Assembly (NCBI RefSeq): GCF_000002075.1 | Contig: NW_004797271.1 | Location: 438,672-502,671 of the forward strand | Origin: Aplysia californica | Taxonomy: Eukaryota | Direction of reading: 5' to 3' | DNA length: 64,000 nt | The notes under the pieces: generated by a model | Database searches by the model: none | Seen by the model: the letters and a program-made list of their open reading frames with translations, nothing else | What the model was told of the DNA's origin: nothing | Program-made: the position numbers and the translations under genes | Shown: positions 38,601 to 49,100 of the stretch, in pieces | Position numbering within the stretch: position 1 is the stretch's first letter | Layout of the letters: the number at the start of each line of letters is the position of its first letter

Positions 38601-41600
38601 CTGCAGTTCACACCGTCAATTTGACTGCCTATATGGAGAACATGACAACAACAGCAACACCTGTCTATATGAAGATTATGTTGGCAAAAAGCAACACTAT
38701 TCACAGTGAACTCCCTGCCGGTATGAGAACATAACCATAACTATAACAACAACAACAGCAGCAGAAGCACCATCAACAGCAGCAGCAGCAGCCACAATAA
38801 CAGCAACAACAGAGCTCACACAGTCAATCAACTCACCGGCCTGTATGGCAGGTCCCCGCTGCAATGCATTGTCAAGCTTCTGCTGCTCTGTCAGTTCTTC
38901 GATGATTTTGGCGATTAGTTTATCGTTTTCAGGAGCAGAATCTAAGATGGAAAATGGATTTTTTTTTTCATATTGGTGTCAGAGATTAATTCTGAAAGAA
39001 GCAGCTTTGAAGGGAATGCTGAACTGCTACATATAAAATTATGTGACCAGTGCTGTTATCAACATCAAAACAAGATTGTGTGTCTGTGATTGCTTAAAAG
39101 AATCTTTTTTAAAGGATAGTGTGGGGGGGGGTGTACTATGTTCCAATTGTAATCTTTTCTCATGTCTGTCCGTCTGTCTCTCCTCTCTCTCATCCCTTTC
39201 TCTCTCCGGCACAAATTTGAGTACAGACATTCCCACAAAAAAAAGCGTGCACACACACACACACCCAAGTACTCATGATCAATAATGACAAACATCCCCT
39301 TTGTAACTGGATGACATCTAATAACCAAAAAAATCTTTCCTCAGAGAACATATATGCAGTAAAACTCTGATAACCCGAACTTCATGAGACCAGAAAATAT
39401 CGTCGTGTTAAGCAGAGAGCTAATGAAAAGAACACCAAAAAAAGGCGAATTGACTCTTCCCTTACTTATTCAGATGAAATGCTAGGCCTCGGGTTACCAA
39501 TTTTTAGCCATTAATAACACGGTCAGAGCTACCAACCTTGGGAAATCAATAAAAGGGAAACCTTATTTTCATCCTCAAGACCGATGTCTTACTTATCTGC
39601 ACAGAATGAGGCTAGAAGAAGATTGTAGGTTTTTACTTGATGGTTTTCCAAGCTACTTCTCAGTTTACCAAACAATAACAAAACAAGGATGGAATTGATA
39701 AATCTTAGCGGCACATTATAAAGAATATTAGAAAAAATATTTTTTTAAACGAGACATTACTATCAAATTAGGAATGGTTGGCAGATTCTCAGTGGGGTTT
39801 TTTCCTGTCTCGTAAAGTGTGTGTGTGTGTGTGACTGTGTGTGCGCGTGTGTGTGTGTGTGTGTGTGTGAGTGTGTGTGAATTGTGTGCTGTGTATTTAC
39901 AACAGTACGCAACTGTGGTTCGAGAAAAAAAAAAAGAAAGGAGAAGTGTCCGTGTAGAGAGTGATGAAATAGTCCAAAATTCATTCATATTAACTAGATA
40001 GATCTGATGATTTGTTTCATCCTTTTAAGGAAAGATAGTGGATAGTTGCAATGCAGAAAATAAAGATGAAAAAAAAGAAAGAAGGATTTTAAATCCTTTC
40101 GTGTTAACAAGAATCTTGTGTTACCTCTTAAAAGACATAACGGACACACGTCCGACCAGCAGCAGACCAATGGCAGTGTTGCAATAGATTTAGAGCCATT
40201 TCACATAAATGAGTAACAAAAATTTGTATATCTCACAGTATGCATGTTGTTCTTAGGTTTCTAAGTTTCAAATAAAGGAAACAAATGAAAAATCGGTATG
40301 AGAAACGAAATTGCTTGTTTTTTTAAAGTGCCCCCAAAACAGTGCATCTTCAACAGGTTAAGCGGCTTCAAGTCTACTGTATGGGTATTAGGAATGTTGG
40401 TCGATACACATTAAAGCTCACCAGAAACAAAGGCACTTTTTAGCACAGATTTCAATTTTGATAAAGTGGTTCAACCCCCCCCCCCCCCCCGATAACAGTC
40501 CGGAAAATTTGGCTTGGTCACATTGAAGAAAATGATCTGGCAGGGGGAGTTAATAAATCATGACCCTGTAGTGACGTAGCACTGGGAGAACATCTCCCAC
40601 CCTGTCACTTGAACTGCCAGCTGTGGTGGGCATTGTGTCAGCTGGGCACGAAGCACAACACACATTAGATGATATATCAATGGCTCAGAGCTAGAAGTTA
40701 CTCTTGTAGGCCCTACAGTTTAACGCCCACATCAATACTTTCTAGATAATTAAAGATCGCAGTGGCGGTCGACCTTTTTAGTAAGAGTTTTACAGCACTT
40801 GCAACACGAAAAGGTCATATAAGAGCCAAAAATTAGAGGTGTTACAAGAGTAGCAAGCACAAAAAAGGAGGAGAGATAAGGACGATAGATGTTTGATGGG
40901 AAACAAGGAGCAAACCACACCAGAGCACCCGCCAACCACCCGGGGTAGACCTTTTGTTCCACTAAACTGACTGTAAATGTTTCAAGCCCCCATTTGAAAC
41001 AATTTAGATAATTAAGGAGGCAGGCTGCTTCCACCCAGCCTATCGGAACCAACTCAGGCAAACAGGGATACAGCTTCCCAACAAACTTTTAGAGATACTA
41101 GTAGGGAAAAAAACAAAACAACCAACCTGCCCACTTGAAGAATCAAACTTCCATCTTGTACTAAGTGACTGCAAAGAGGCAAACCAACATACCAGAGATG
41201 CCACAATATCCATGTGACTATGTCTAAATTTTTCAGCTTTGAGAAAAATGGATTTTTACAGCAAAAGCATAACCGCAAACACTTAAACACAGAAACATAA
41301 AAGGAAGTGTAAGACTGCAGTGAAACCACTGGCTAGATGGCTGTGATATTTACAGACTATGTGAGATGTCATTTGAATGCTTCAATTTGATTATTTTTAG
41401 CATTTTGGTCAAAATAGATATTATAGTCACTTCTGGCTCTCAGTCTCTGCTGTGATATATATCATATTACAAAACTCCAGAGCGGCTCTTTTGAAACACA
41501 CGATGAAACACGAGTATAATGTCCACATCTCTGACACATTGACATTAATTTAAGTTGTTACAAAACACAAGAGTTTCACATCAATTCAAACTTGAATGTA

Positions 41601-44600
41601 TTGACCAAATTCCAGGTCGCTTACACTTTATGATAAAAATAAACTGACACAATTACAAGGTTGTTATTATTTCTCAAAGTTCATTCAAGGACATAATATT
41701 GTTTCTTTTGTCACGAGCAAAAAGAAAACATTTTTTTTTTAAAGGTAAATAATTATATTATATGGTGTTTACATTATTTACTGTGCTAAAAACTTTGACA
41801 AACTCCCATAAATATCTCTACCCAGTTTTAAACTCCACACCACTAAAAAATGTACATAACAATATTATATTAAAATCAAACCCCAGACCTTAAAACAGAG
41901 AGAATCCCCTTTACTCTTGGAGGGGGAAAAAAATCCATGTTAAAAAATTGATTCCTATGATGACTGCCTAGCAGTATCATCCTGGCAAAACCTGTTGTCT
42001 GTGTTGCTAGAACAGTTTCAACAGTTATCTGTCTTTAGCTTTCTTTATTCATCATGAGAACTTGGAAGTAGTGCATAGTTGAAGGGTAAAATACTACTCT
42101 CAGCCTTCACTATCACAGTTCCTTCAGGAAAAAGTAAAGAAGTCTATAAATAGAAGCAATCATGTCTTTACATTCAACTTGACCTAGAAAAGGTTACATA
42201 ATTCTTCCTGTCATGTCTAGCAGACATCTGGGAAAGTTCCCATGCACCACCGCCACAACCATAGAGTGTAGAATGGTTTGGTTACATGGTAGACCAACAC
42301 AGGAAGGGAGGGGTGAGACAGAAACACAGAACAGTTTTCTTTGTTCCCACGCCACACCAAGAACTATGACATTATACAATAGTTTTAGAATCTGGTAAAG
42401 CTTAAGAAAAAAGACATGCTTGTAAGAATGTAACCNNNNNNNNNNNNNNNNNNNNNNNNNNNNNNNNNNNNNNNNNNNNNNNNNNNNNNNNNNNNNNNNN
42501 NNNNNNNNNNNNNNNNNNNNNNNNNNNNNNNNNNNGAAAAAAAAGAAAAAAAAAAGTTGAACTAGTAGCTCCACTGTTTAAAAACATTATTTCTTCAAAG
42601 TTCTGGGTTTTTTTCTTCAAATTTTGTACACATGCCACAGTTTAATTCTTAATCTCAATTAATTCAAACTCCGACGAGATAAGAAATCTTTTATTTTTTT
42701 ATTTCATGACATAACTTATATATGAAGAGTAATGTTCCATTATAATGTTACGATTCAGGCTCTGGAACAATATTATAGTTCTCGTTCCTCTTAACCAGAA
42801 CAACCATGTCCTTGCCTTTGACTCATTGAAGATTAGCATTCTGGTCATGCGGCAACGCTTATAGGCACCCTGTTGGAGGCACTTAAAATTCTTATCAAGA
42901 AAAATAGAGTATATGATTCCCTGATTACACTTTTCCTGGAGATATTTTAATTGTTTTCTTTACACCTGAGTATGATTCCCTGATTACACTTTTACTGGAG
43001 ATATTTTAATTGTTTTCTTTACACCTGAGTATGATTCCCTGATTACACTTTTACTGGAGATATTTTAATTGTTTTCTTTACACCTGAGTATGATTCCCTG
43101 ATTACACTTTTACTGGAGATATTTTAATTGTTTTCTTTACACCTGAGTATGATTCCCTGATTACACTTTTACTGGAGATATTTTAATTGTTTTCTTTACA
43201 CCTGAGTATGATTCCCTGATTACACTTTTACTGGAGATATTTTAATTGTTTTCTTTACACCTGAAACTGAAAAGGGCAGACAACAACATACAAATAGAAT
43301 GCGTCATGATGCGGTGGAATCAGGCGCTTGTCAATTTTTGTACACAGAGTTGTGGGTTATAACCTTAAAAAGTTACAGCTTATTCATTGTCTGCTTTTGA
43401 TGAATAAATCATCCATCTTCTATCTTCAATAGAAGTCGAGATATTTCAGATTGAAAGAGGTGAGGTCACTTGGTTTCAGAAGTAAAATTAGTCTAGAAAA
43501 TGGCCCCCAAAGTTTGGTGACCTCCAAAGCTTGAGAGTCTTTGGAAACTGTACATCTACATTTTTTGTATGCCTATAATCAAAGTTTTTCAATAAAGTCC
43601 ACACAGAAAAGTGTTGAGCCAAAAAATAAAGATATGATAAAAATTGCCAAACAGGAAGAAAACGCCATTTTCTTAGATTTCATTATCTTGACAAGCGCCT
43701 GATTTCACCAGGAAGCCTCACATACCATGATGTAAATTCAAGTTTCTGATTAGTGTACGAGGGTTCTATATGTGCGATACTCAATTATCATAATTATTTT
43801 ATTTTATGTCTGAGCAGCAGCAGACCGAGGGAGTGTTACGGCACATATAGAACCCTCGTACACTAATCATAAACTTGAATTTATCCATTATGTTCTTACA
43901 CCTTGGAGTGTAAAAAGTTCCCCTACAAAGTGCAAGATTTAACCTCTGAGATAAATAAAATCTAGCTACACCTCTAGGAGAAAATAATCCTAGGACTGAG
44001 CAGACTTCTATAGATTGGGTTTTTCAAAAGAAAGAGCAATCTACTGTCCCAGGAGTGCTGCGTTATTACTTAAAACTGATTTGAATTACTGGAATCAGAA
44101 TAGTTCATAGTAGTTTAGCATTTCACACTATAGAGTCGCTGGGTGGGATGAATGATGTCTAAAATAAAATTTTTGGGTTGTTGTTTTTTGTAAGTGTTTT
44201 ACGGCGTTCGCAAAAGCTGAATATGGTCATATATGAGGTCATATATTTATGTAATATGTGCAACTGTAGTAGAAATTAGAAAAATAAAGTCACCGATTTT
44301 TTTTTCTCCCCAACAAAATTTTCCCTGTGAATCCTTTAAATCAAACAGACCAATGAACCATTTTCACATCATTGTCTTCATTTCATTATAACAAATTAGC
44401 CGACATCACATTTATTTTTAATTAAAACGTTTTGATGATAACACACTGTATAACAGTACAGTAGGCCATAAGTGACTGAGCCAACACCTTGCTATCTATC
44501 ATCATACTCATTGTGAACATTAAAAAGTTAGGGTATTTTTGCAGTATTGGGCCCGTTGAACTGTTTTAACCCGTTCCTGCGGGAGTCGGATGTTCCCCAA

Positions 44601-45975
44601 GAATACAAAAGCCTATTTCGGCACCTCGCCTTCATTCCGGTCCCGTGTCAGTCCAGCCCCTGGCTCAGCGCATGCACGGACTGGGTAACCGGTCATCTCG
44701 TCACATCCCAATTATGTGTGATGAAATGACTTCCCTTGTCTCTCGAAAATTGTTATAGCCCAAGAAGGGCAGAGTTTCCCCAGTAGTAACCTGCCCCAAT
44801 GCATTTTCCATAAGAAATGCTGAAATTTTCAATTGAACAGGGTCAGGGCCTGTGCCCTATATATTGATGTTTGCAAGTGTGTGAGGAAATCCTTGTGGAT
44901 TTGGGGTTTGACGAAATGACCCTGTGACGAGATGACTGGGGTTTTTGTCTTGTTTTTTAGTAGAGGGTTTTACGGCGCTCGCAACTGCATCGAGGGCAAG
45001 GTGCCAAAATTTGCTTCTCGGGCAACATAAACCCGGCCCCCGGTCTGTGACTTTGTCTTGTCTTTTTGAATTATTTGGACCAATTTGACCCTCAAATCCA
45101 TTAAGATCTCAGGCTCAAAATCATGGGGACTTTCAATTTCAGGGAGCCAAAGCAGTGAAGTTGAAGGGGGCTTGCCCTGTCCCCCCGCCCGACCTTTTTG
45201 TCATTATATTTTGGTTTCAGAAGTGATTTCAATAGTCAACTGCCAAGTTACCTAAAGTCTAAAGTGGAAAAACAGACACATTACTTATCAATCATCATAA
45301 TCATTTTAGATCTAAAAGATTAAAGTGGAATGAATGTACACCTCCTGCTGTTGACCGATCTTTGAACACAAAAATGTGAAATGAGGATGAGGAGTCAAAT
45401 GAATATAGGCCTATAGGCACCCTTGTCGCCCTTGACAAGATCTCAAAATAAAAGTACAATACCACAAATAAACAAAGAAAATAAATCAAATGTATGCTCA
45501 TATTAATATTATAGAATGGATGGCTTCTTTTGAGATCATTACGAAAGTGGGGCATCCTAAAGACAGGGAAAGCTGTACGTTTCTGAGTGTGAATTGGTTC
45601 AGCTGTCGAGTTGGGGTTGTCGTTTGTTGACATTTGCGGCAGGGATAAATCGAACGAATTGATTGAATTCAGTAGGTCAGGGCCATAATAATACGTTCTC
45701 AAGGAAGAATTAAAGGAAATCCATTTCTTTCTGAGCAATATTTTCTATCAATTTACCAGTAACCGTTCTCATGAAAGGGGGAAACCAGGGCGAGGAGCCT
45801 ATTATTATGATGATAAGGATCGCAGTGCGAGTAGTGAGTGGGAGTGACTTAGGAGGGGGCAGCACAATTAGGATACATTATGCTCACCTGGTTGAAACTC
45901 AAAAGTGGCAGCTGTAAAGATCCGACTTCCAGGTACCACAAGGAGGAAGCTCAAAACGAGAAACCTCCAAAACAT
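26209..45975 (-). CDS. NPDC1: NPDC1-like type I membrane protein, 298 aa; complement(join(26209..26331,28342..28441,29606..29770,35511..35577,36636..36884,38837..38941,45888..45975))
   Basis: Signal peptide MFWRFLVLSFLLVVPG; TM helix FVCAVATVTGFIGILMAGVCYY; family motifs YPAYGVTGP, GDRKLAQSAQMYHYQHQKQQM, GDYTVYECPGLAPTGEMEVKNPLF; all introns GT-AG with matching phases. Extra N-terminal exons in intron 1 (which contains a gap) cannot be excluded. Confidence 0.93.
26482..27287. mobile_element. Non-autonomous hAT-like element with 6-bp TSD
   Basis: TIRs CAGACCAGCCACTC / GAGTAGCAGGTCTG; CAACAG on both sides (26476-26481, 27288-27293); splits a ~50-bp degenerate repeat. Confidence 0.65.
28342..28441 (-). 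CDS. NPDC1: NPDC1-like exon 6
   Basis: ANGDMKHDASDDDSEEDNVEGDYTVYECPGLAP|GTGAGT. Confidence 0.95.
28460..29117 (-). mobile_element. tRNA-derived SINE with nested MITE
   Basis: Minus strand: A-box TGGCCTAGTGG, B-box GGTTCGAGCC, core GTTGTGTCC..GAAAGGCA, 3' tail TGTAAAGC..GCGCTCTACAAAT(ATT)n; TSD TCTGAGGACAA (28441-28451, 29118-29128). Confidence 0.85.
28660..28938. mobile_element. piggyBac-type MITE
   Basis: TTAA|CCCTATCTGTACG ... CGTACGGACAGGG|TTAA. Confidence 0.8.
29320..29655 (-). repeat. Degenerate ~65-75-bp tandem array derived from the NPDC1 exon 5 / intron junction
   Basis: About five units, each resembling TACCACTACCAGCACCAGAAACAGCAGATGATTGCCATGGAAAA|GTAAGTGGGTGGCTGGAGGGTGT. Confidence 0.85.
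29606..29770 (-). CDS. NPDC1: NPDC1-like exon 5
   Basis: FRKSSKAATDVEYPAYGVTGP..MYHYQHQKQQMIAME|GTAAG. Confidence 0.95.
29828..30007 (-). mobile_element. ~170-bp retroposon, family R
   Basis: TSD TAGCATTGTAAG (29816-29827, 30008-30019); (ACTAAA)n tail. Confidence 0.8.
32655..32920. repeat. Polypurine (GA/G-run) low-complexity tract
   Basis: Nearly all G and A on the + strand. Confidence 0.9.
34547..35351. mobile_element. piggyBac-type non-autonomous element
   Basis: TTAA|CTCTTCATGTCC ... GGACATGAAGAG|TTAA; perfect 12-bp TIR. Confidence 0.8.
35511..35577 (-). CDS. NPDC1: NPDC1-like exon 4 (transmembrane helix)
   Basis: CACAG|..VCAVATVTGFIGILMAGVCYY|GTAAGT. Confidence 0.9.
36636..36884 (-). 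CDS. NPDC1: NPDC1-like exon 3
   Basis: Open 249-nt exon DKKGENADQQ..DDKNFV with CCAG acceptor and GTGAGT donor. Confidence 0.85.
37422..37600 (-). mobile_element. ~170-bp retroposon, family R
   Basis: TSD AATGCAGTTTATATT (37407-37421, 37601-37615); further copies at ~38050-38555, 40778-40941, 33555-33722, 18190-18365 and 60676-60845. Confidence 0.8.
38837..38941 (-). CDS. NPDC1: NPDC1-like exon 2
   Basis: CTTAG|..SAPENDKLIAKIIEELTEQQKLDNALQRGPAIQA|GTGAGT, phase 1-1. Confidence 0.8.
42907..43264. repeat. 59-bp tandem repeat, 6 near-perfect copies
   Basis: Unit GAGTATGATTCCCTGATTACACTTTTACTGGAGATATTTTAATTGTTTTCTTTACACCT. Confidence 0.95.
43298..43724. mobile_element. MITE, family A (reverse orientation)
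   Basis: Termini GGTGGAATCAGGCGCTTGTCAA ... TTGACAAGCGCCTGATTTCACC. Confidence 0.75.
43733..43883. mobile_element. 150-bp hairpin MITE
   Basis: ~44-bp near-perfect inverted repeat TAAATTCAAGTTT..AGGGTTCTATATGTGC. Confidence 0.75.
45888..45975 (-). CDS. NPDC1: NPDC1-like exon 1 (signal peptide)
   Basis: AACCATG start; MFWRFLVLSFLLVVPGSRIFTAATFEFQP; donor CAG|GTGAGC. Confidence 0.8.
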
Positions 45976-46142
45976 GGTTGAAAAAGTCAGATAATTACAG
46001 TTTCACAACGGGCCTTTTCACTTCTCCATTATCCCCCTCATTCGTCTCGCTGGCATAATCACTCTCGTCAATTCTCGGACAATAGCTCAACGCAACGCGA
46101 GAAGTATCGGATTGACGTCACAACACGGAAATGAAAACAAAC
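45976..46142. promoter_or_regulatory. Putative compact bidirectional promoter with CRE and ETS-like motifs
   Basis: 167 bp between divergent ATGs; TGACGTCA at 46113-46120; CGGAAAT at 46126-46132; locally CpG-rich. Confidence 0.7.
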
Positions 46143-49100
46143 ATGGACGACGAAGACGTCATATTTCAGGTAACTCTTGCATTTTTCTCACCTTTTGGTC
46201 AACATGGTCTTCATATCAGGAATTTTATCAAGCGAACACTTTCATATGAAGCAGTACGAACGATTTGTTACTAGAAGCGTTTTGCTTTTCAACTCAGAGG
46301 AATGTAATTGCGAAATTATCGTTAATCGAAACCGGTGTGTGAGTGTGTGTAAGTCAGGAAAAGCGTTGCGACGAGCGATGACGTAAAATAGTATAGACTA
46401 CACAATAACAAATTCAATATAAATATGTTCACAGCGTAGCATTGGCACTCCTCTCTCACATACCAACAACCCTGCGGCAACCCTGCTTAAACAACCTATG
46501 TTGGTGATAGAACAAAACCTGTGTTGGGTGGGAACCTTTGACTTTAACTTTTTTTTAAAAACAACACACCTAACCGACAATGACAACAAGTTTCTGTTCG
46601 GTTTACAAAATGTTTATAAACTCTTTTCCTACCAGGCCAAAATCCACCACTGACCCAGGGCTTGTCCCTGGCCTATTTTTACGCCCCTACCCCACCACAG
46701 GAAAATGTCAAAACATCCAACTAATAGAAACACACTCAAACCTTACAGAGTCTATAGATTCTATATATTGGCCCATCAAACTGAAGGTTAAAAAATAATC
46801 TATCAGATGGAGATACAGTTACAGTATGAAGATTTTTTTCCAATTATATTAGTTTTGGGGTTTCTAAAAGTGATTATGCAACATCGAAGGTGTCATATGA
46901 AAAACTATTTTCCAGCTTTGAAAGGTCATATCTAAAAAAGTAAAACAACAGCATCATTCAAACTTCCCAGGCACGTTGCCTCAAGTTAAGCAAAGAAATG
47001 CTGAAAGTTATATGTAGATCTATGTGTACGTAAGTGAAAATATGAGACATATACTGAAGTCAGGGGAGGGCATTTCTTCTCATTTTTACGTTTCGAAGGG
47101 GACAAAAAAAGGGCTGAAATGACTGAAAATCCTCTCTCAGTGCAATGTTTTCCTTCATAGCTGCAACAGGAAGTCTATTCTATTATTTTGAAAACTTGGA
47201 TCGACCGAGAATTTCATTACTGGATTGGAATAGATCTAGATAGCGAGCCACTCGAGCCGTATTTTGCTGCTACTCTCGGTCCAGCGAGGCCATGTCCGCG
47301 AGCCGCAATACGTCTTGCGGTAGGGAAAGTGTTTAAATGGATCAATTTATATTGTGTAAAAGTACAACAATAACAAGCCTGCACTTTACCTACACAATAC
47401 TACTTTTTATTTACAACTTAATAGTTTACTTAGTACTTTATAAAATATTACAACCAACATTTGAAAAATTATCATTGCTTGTTTGTTGATAGTGTCATTG
47501 ACAAATCAATGTTGAATTTTAAATCGATTGTTGTTTGTTTGATAAATAATTATATGATTTTAATGCAAACTAATGGCACATTGATGCAAAAGTTATTGAA
47601 GGATGGGGCTTTTTAAATTTTGAAGTGAAATAGCAAGCCAGACAGAAAGGATTGATGAGAGAAATGGCCGAGAACTAACTAGAGATGTAGGACACCTAGC
47701 ACCCTCAATGTTAACAGAATATTATTAATTAATATCTCTGGACTGTAGAGTTAGTTGAAGTGACAAGACTTAACATTTATCTTGGACTATAGATACGAGG
47801 AACCAGTGTCTATACATCTAAACACAAGTTTCCCAAAAGGTGTGTGTTATTATTCAATATTTCTCCCACTCCATTTAAGTTTTTAGAAATAATTTACGTG
47901 TTACATCGTGGTGAAATCAAGCACTCAGTTCGTCAAAATAGTAAATGTTTTAATGATCAAAAAACGACATTAGGTTCCGTTGGGAAAGTTTTATTGATTG
48001 TTTTATTTTAGTCTCAGCACCTCGGATGTTCATTTAAAATCACATTTCTGTGTATTTTACGAGAAAATGTTGATCAAAGGCACAGAAAGATGTAAAATCA
48101 AGCTTTGGAAGTCACTTGTTATAGCGACCATTTACACACTAGCTTTATCACTCTAACACCAGGCGACCCCCACGTCTTTCAATCCCAACAGACTTTATAT
48201 TCAAAATGATGGGTGTTTTTTTTTCTAATGAAAATGAACAAGCTTTAACTCATTCGCTACGTATTATGTTCGGCTTGTGGACTAATTTTTTTTCGGGAGA
48301 GCGAAAGAGATGATGACTAGTAGGCAGTTAAAAGGTCTTTGGGGCAACAAATTCGAATAAATATCAACGTATTATATACCAATATTTTCAGTATGGTTTG
48401 TAGAATACATGTGTAATGTTTATTTATGTATTTTTCAACTTTGGTTCCTGTAAGAGACGATTATGCAACACAGTTTTGATTGGATGCGGATAAAATTTGA
48501 AAGTAAAAAATTTATAATATTTGGTGAAACTCAAAAAAAATGTTTGCACCTAGTCAAATGATACATCAAAATAACCATAGATGAATATAGAACTGGAAAA
48601 TATTGAAAAGTTGGCAGTTATTTACCTACATTCCATAATATTTGTACATTTTGAACATAACATCCGATATTGAAAAAAAATAAAAAATTTTATAATCTTG
48701 AAAAACGATCACAAACAGAAAAAAAACCCCGCTCGTATCTTATATGGAATTATTCAGAATTGCATTTGAAATAAACCTATTCATCTCTTGAGTGGCACTT
48801 TTTGTGTAATTTCATCAAAAAGTCCACCTAGTGATTTTGGGGAGAAAAAAATATTTGACTATTTAGATCTAGACCTAGATCTAGCACTCAAAAATATTGA
48901 TTTCTCAATAACAGTGCATTGGCAATATGAGTCCAATCGCATCAATATTATAAAAAAAAGAGTCCTGCACTTCTTTAGTGGGCAAAATAATGATAGATTT
49001 TGTTGTGTAAAATTACGAAAACTGGTGTCCGGGCTATAATTTTGGCATCGCGATAAAACAAAGTCGAATAAACTACGAAATCGCGTTTCAAAACTGAATC

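Noticed and set aside
42907-43264. Regular 59-bp array as a CRISPR-like locus
   Set aside because: Units are contiguous and essentially identical with no unique spacers, no cas genes, and an intronic eukaryotic context.
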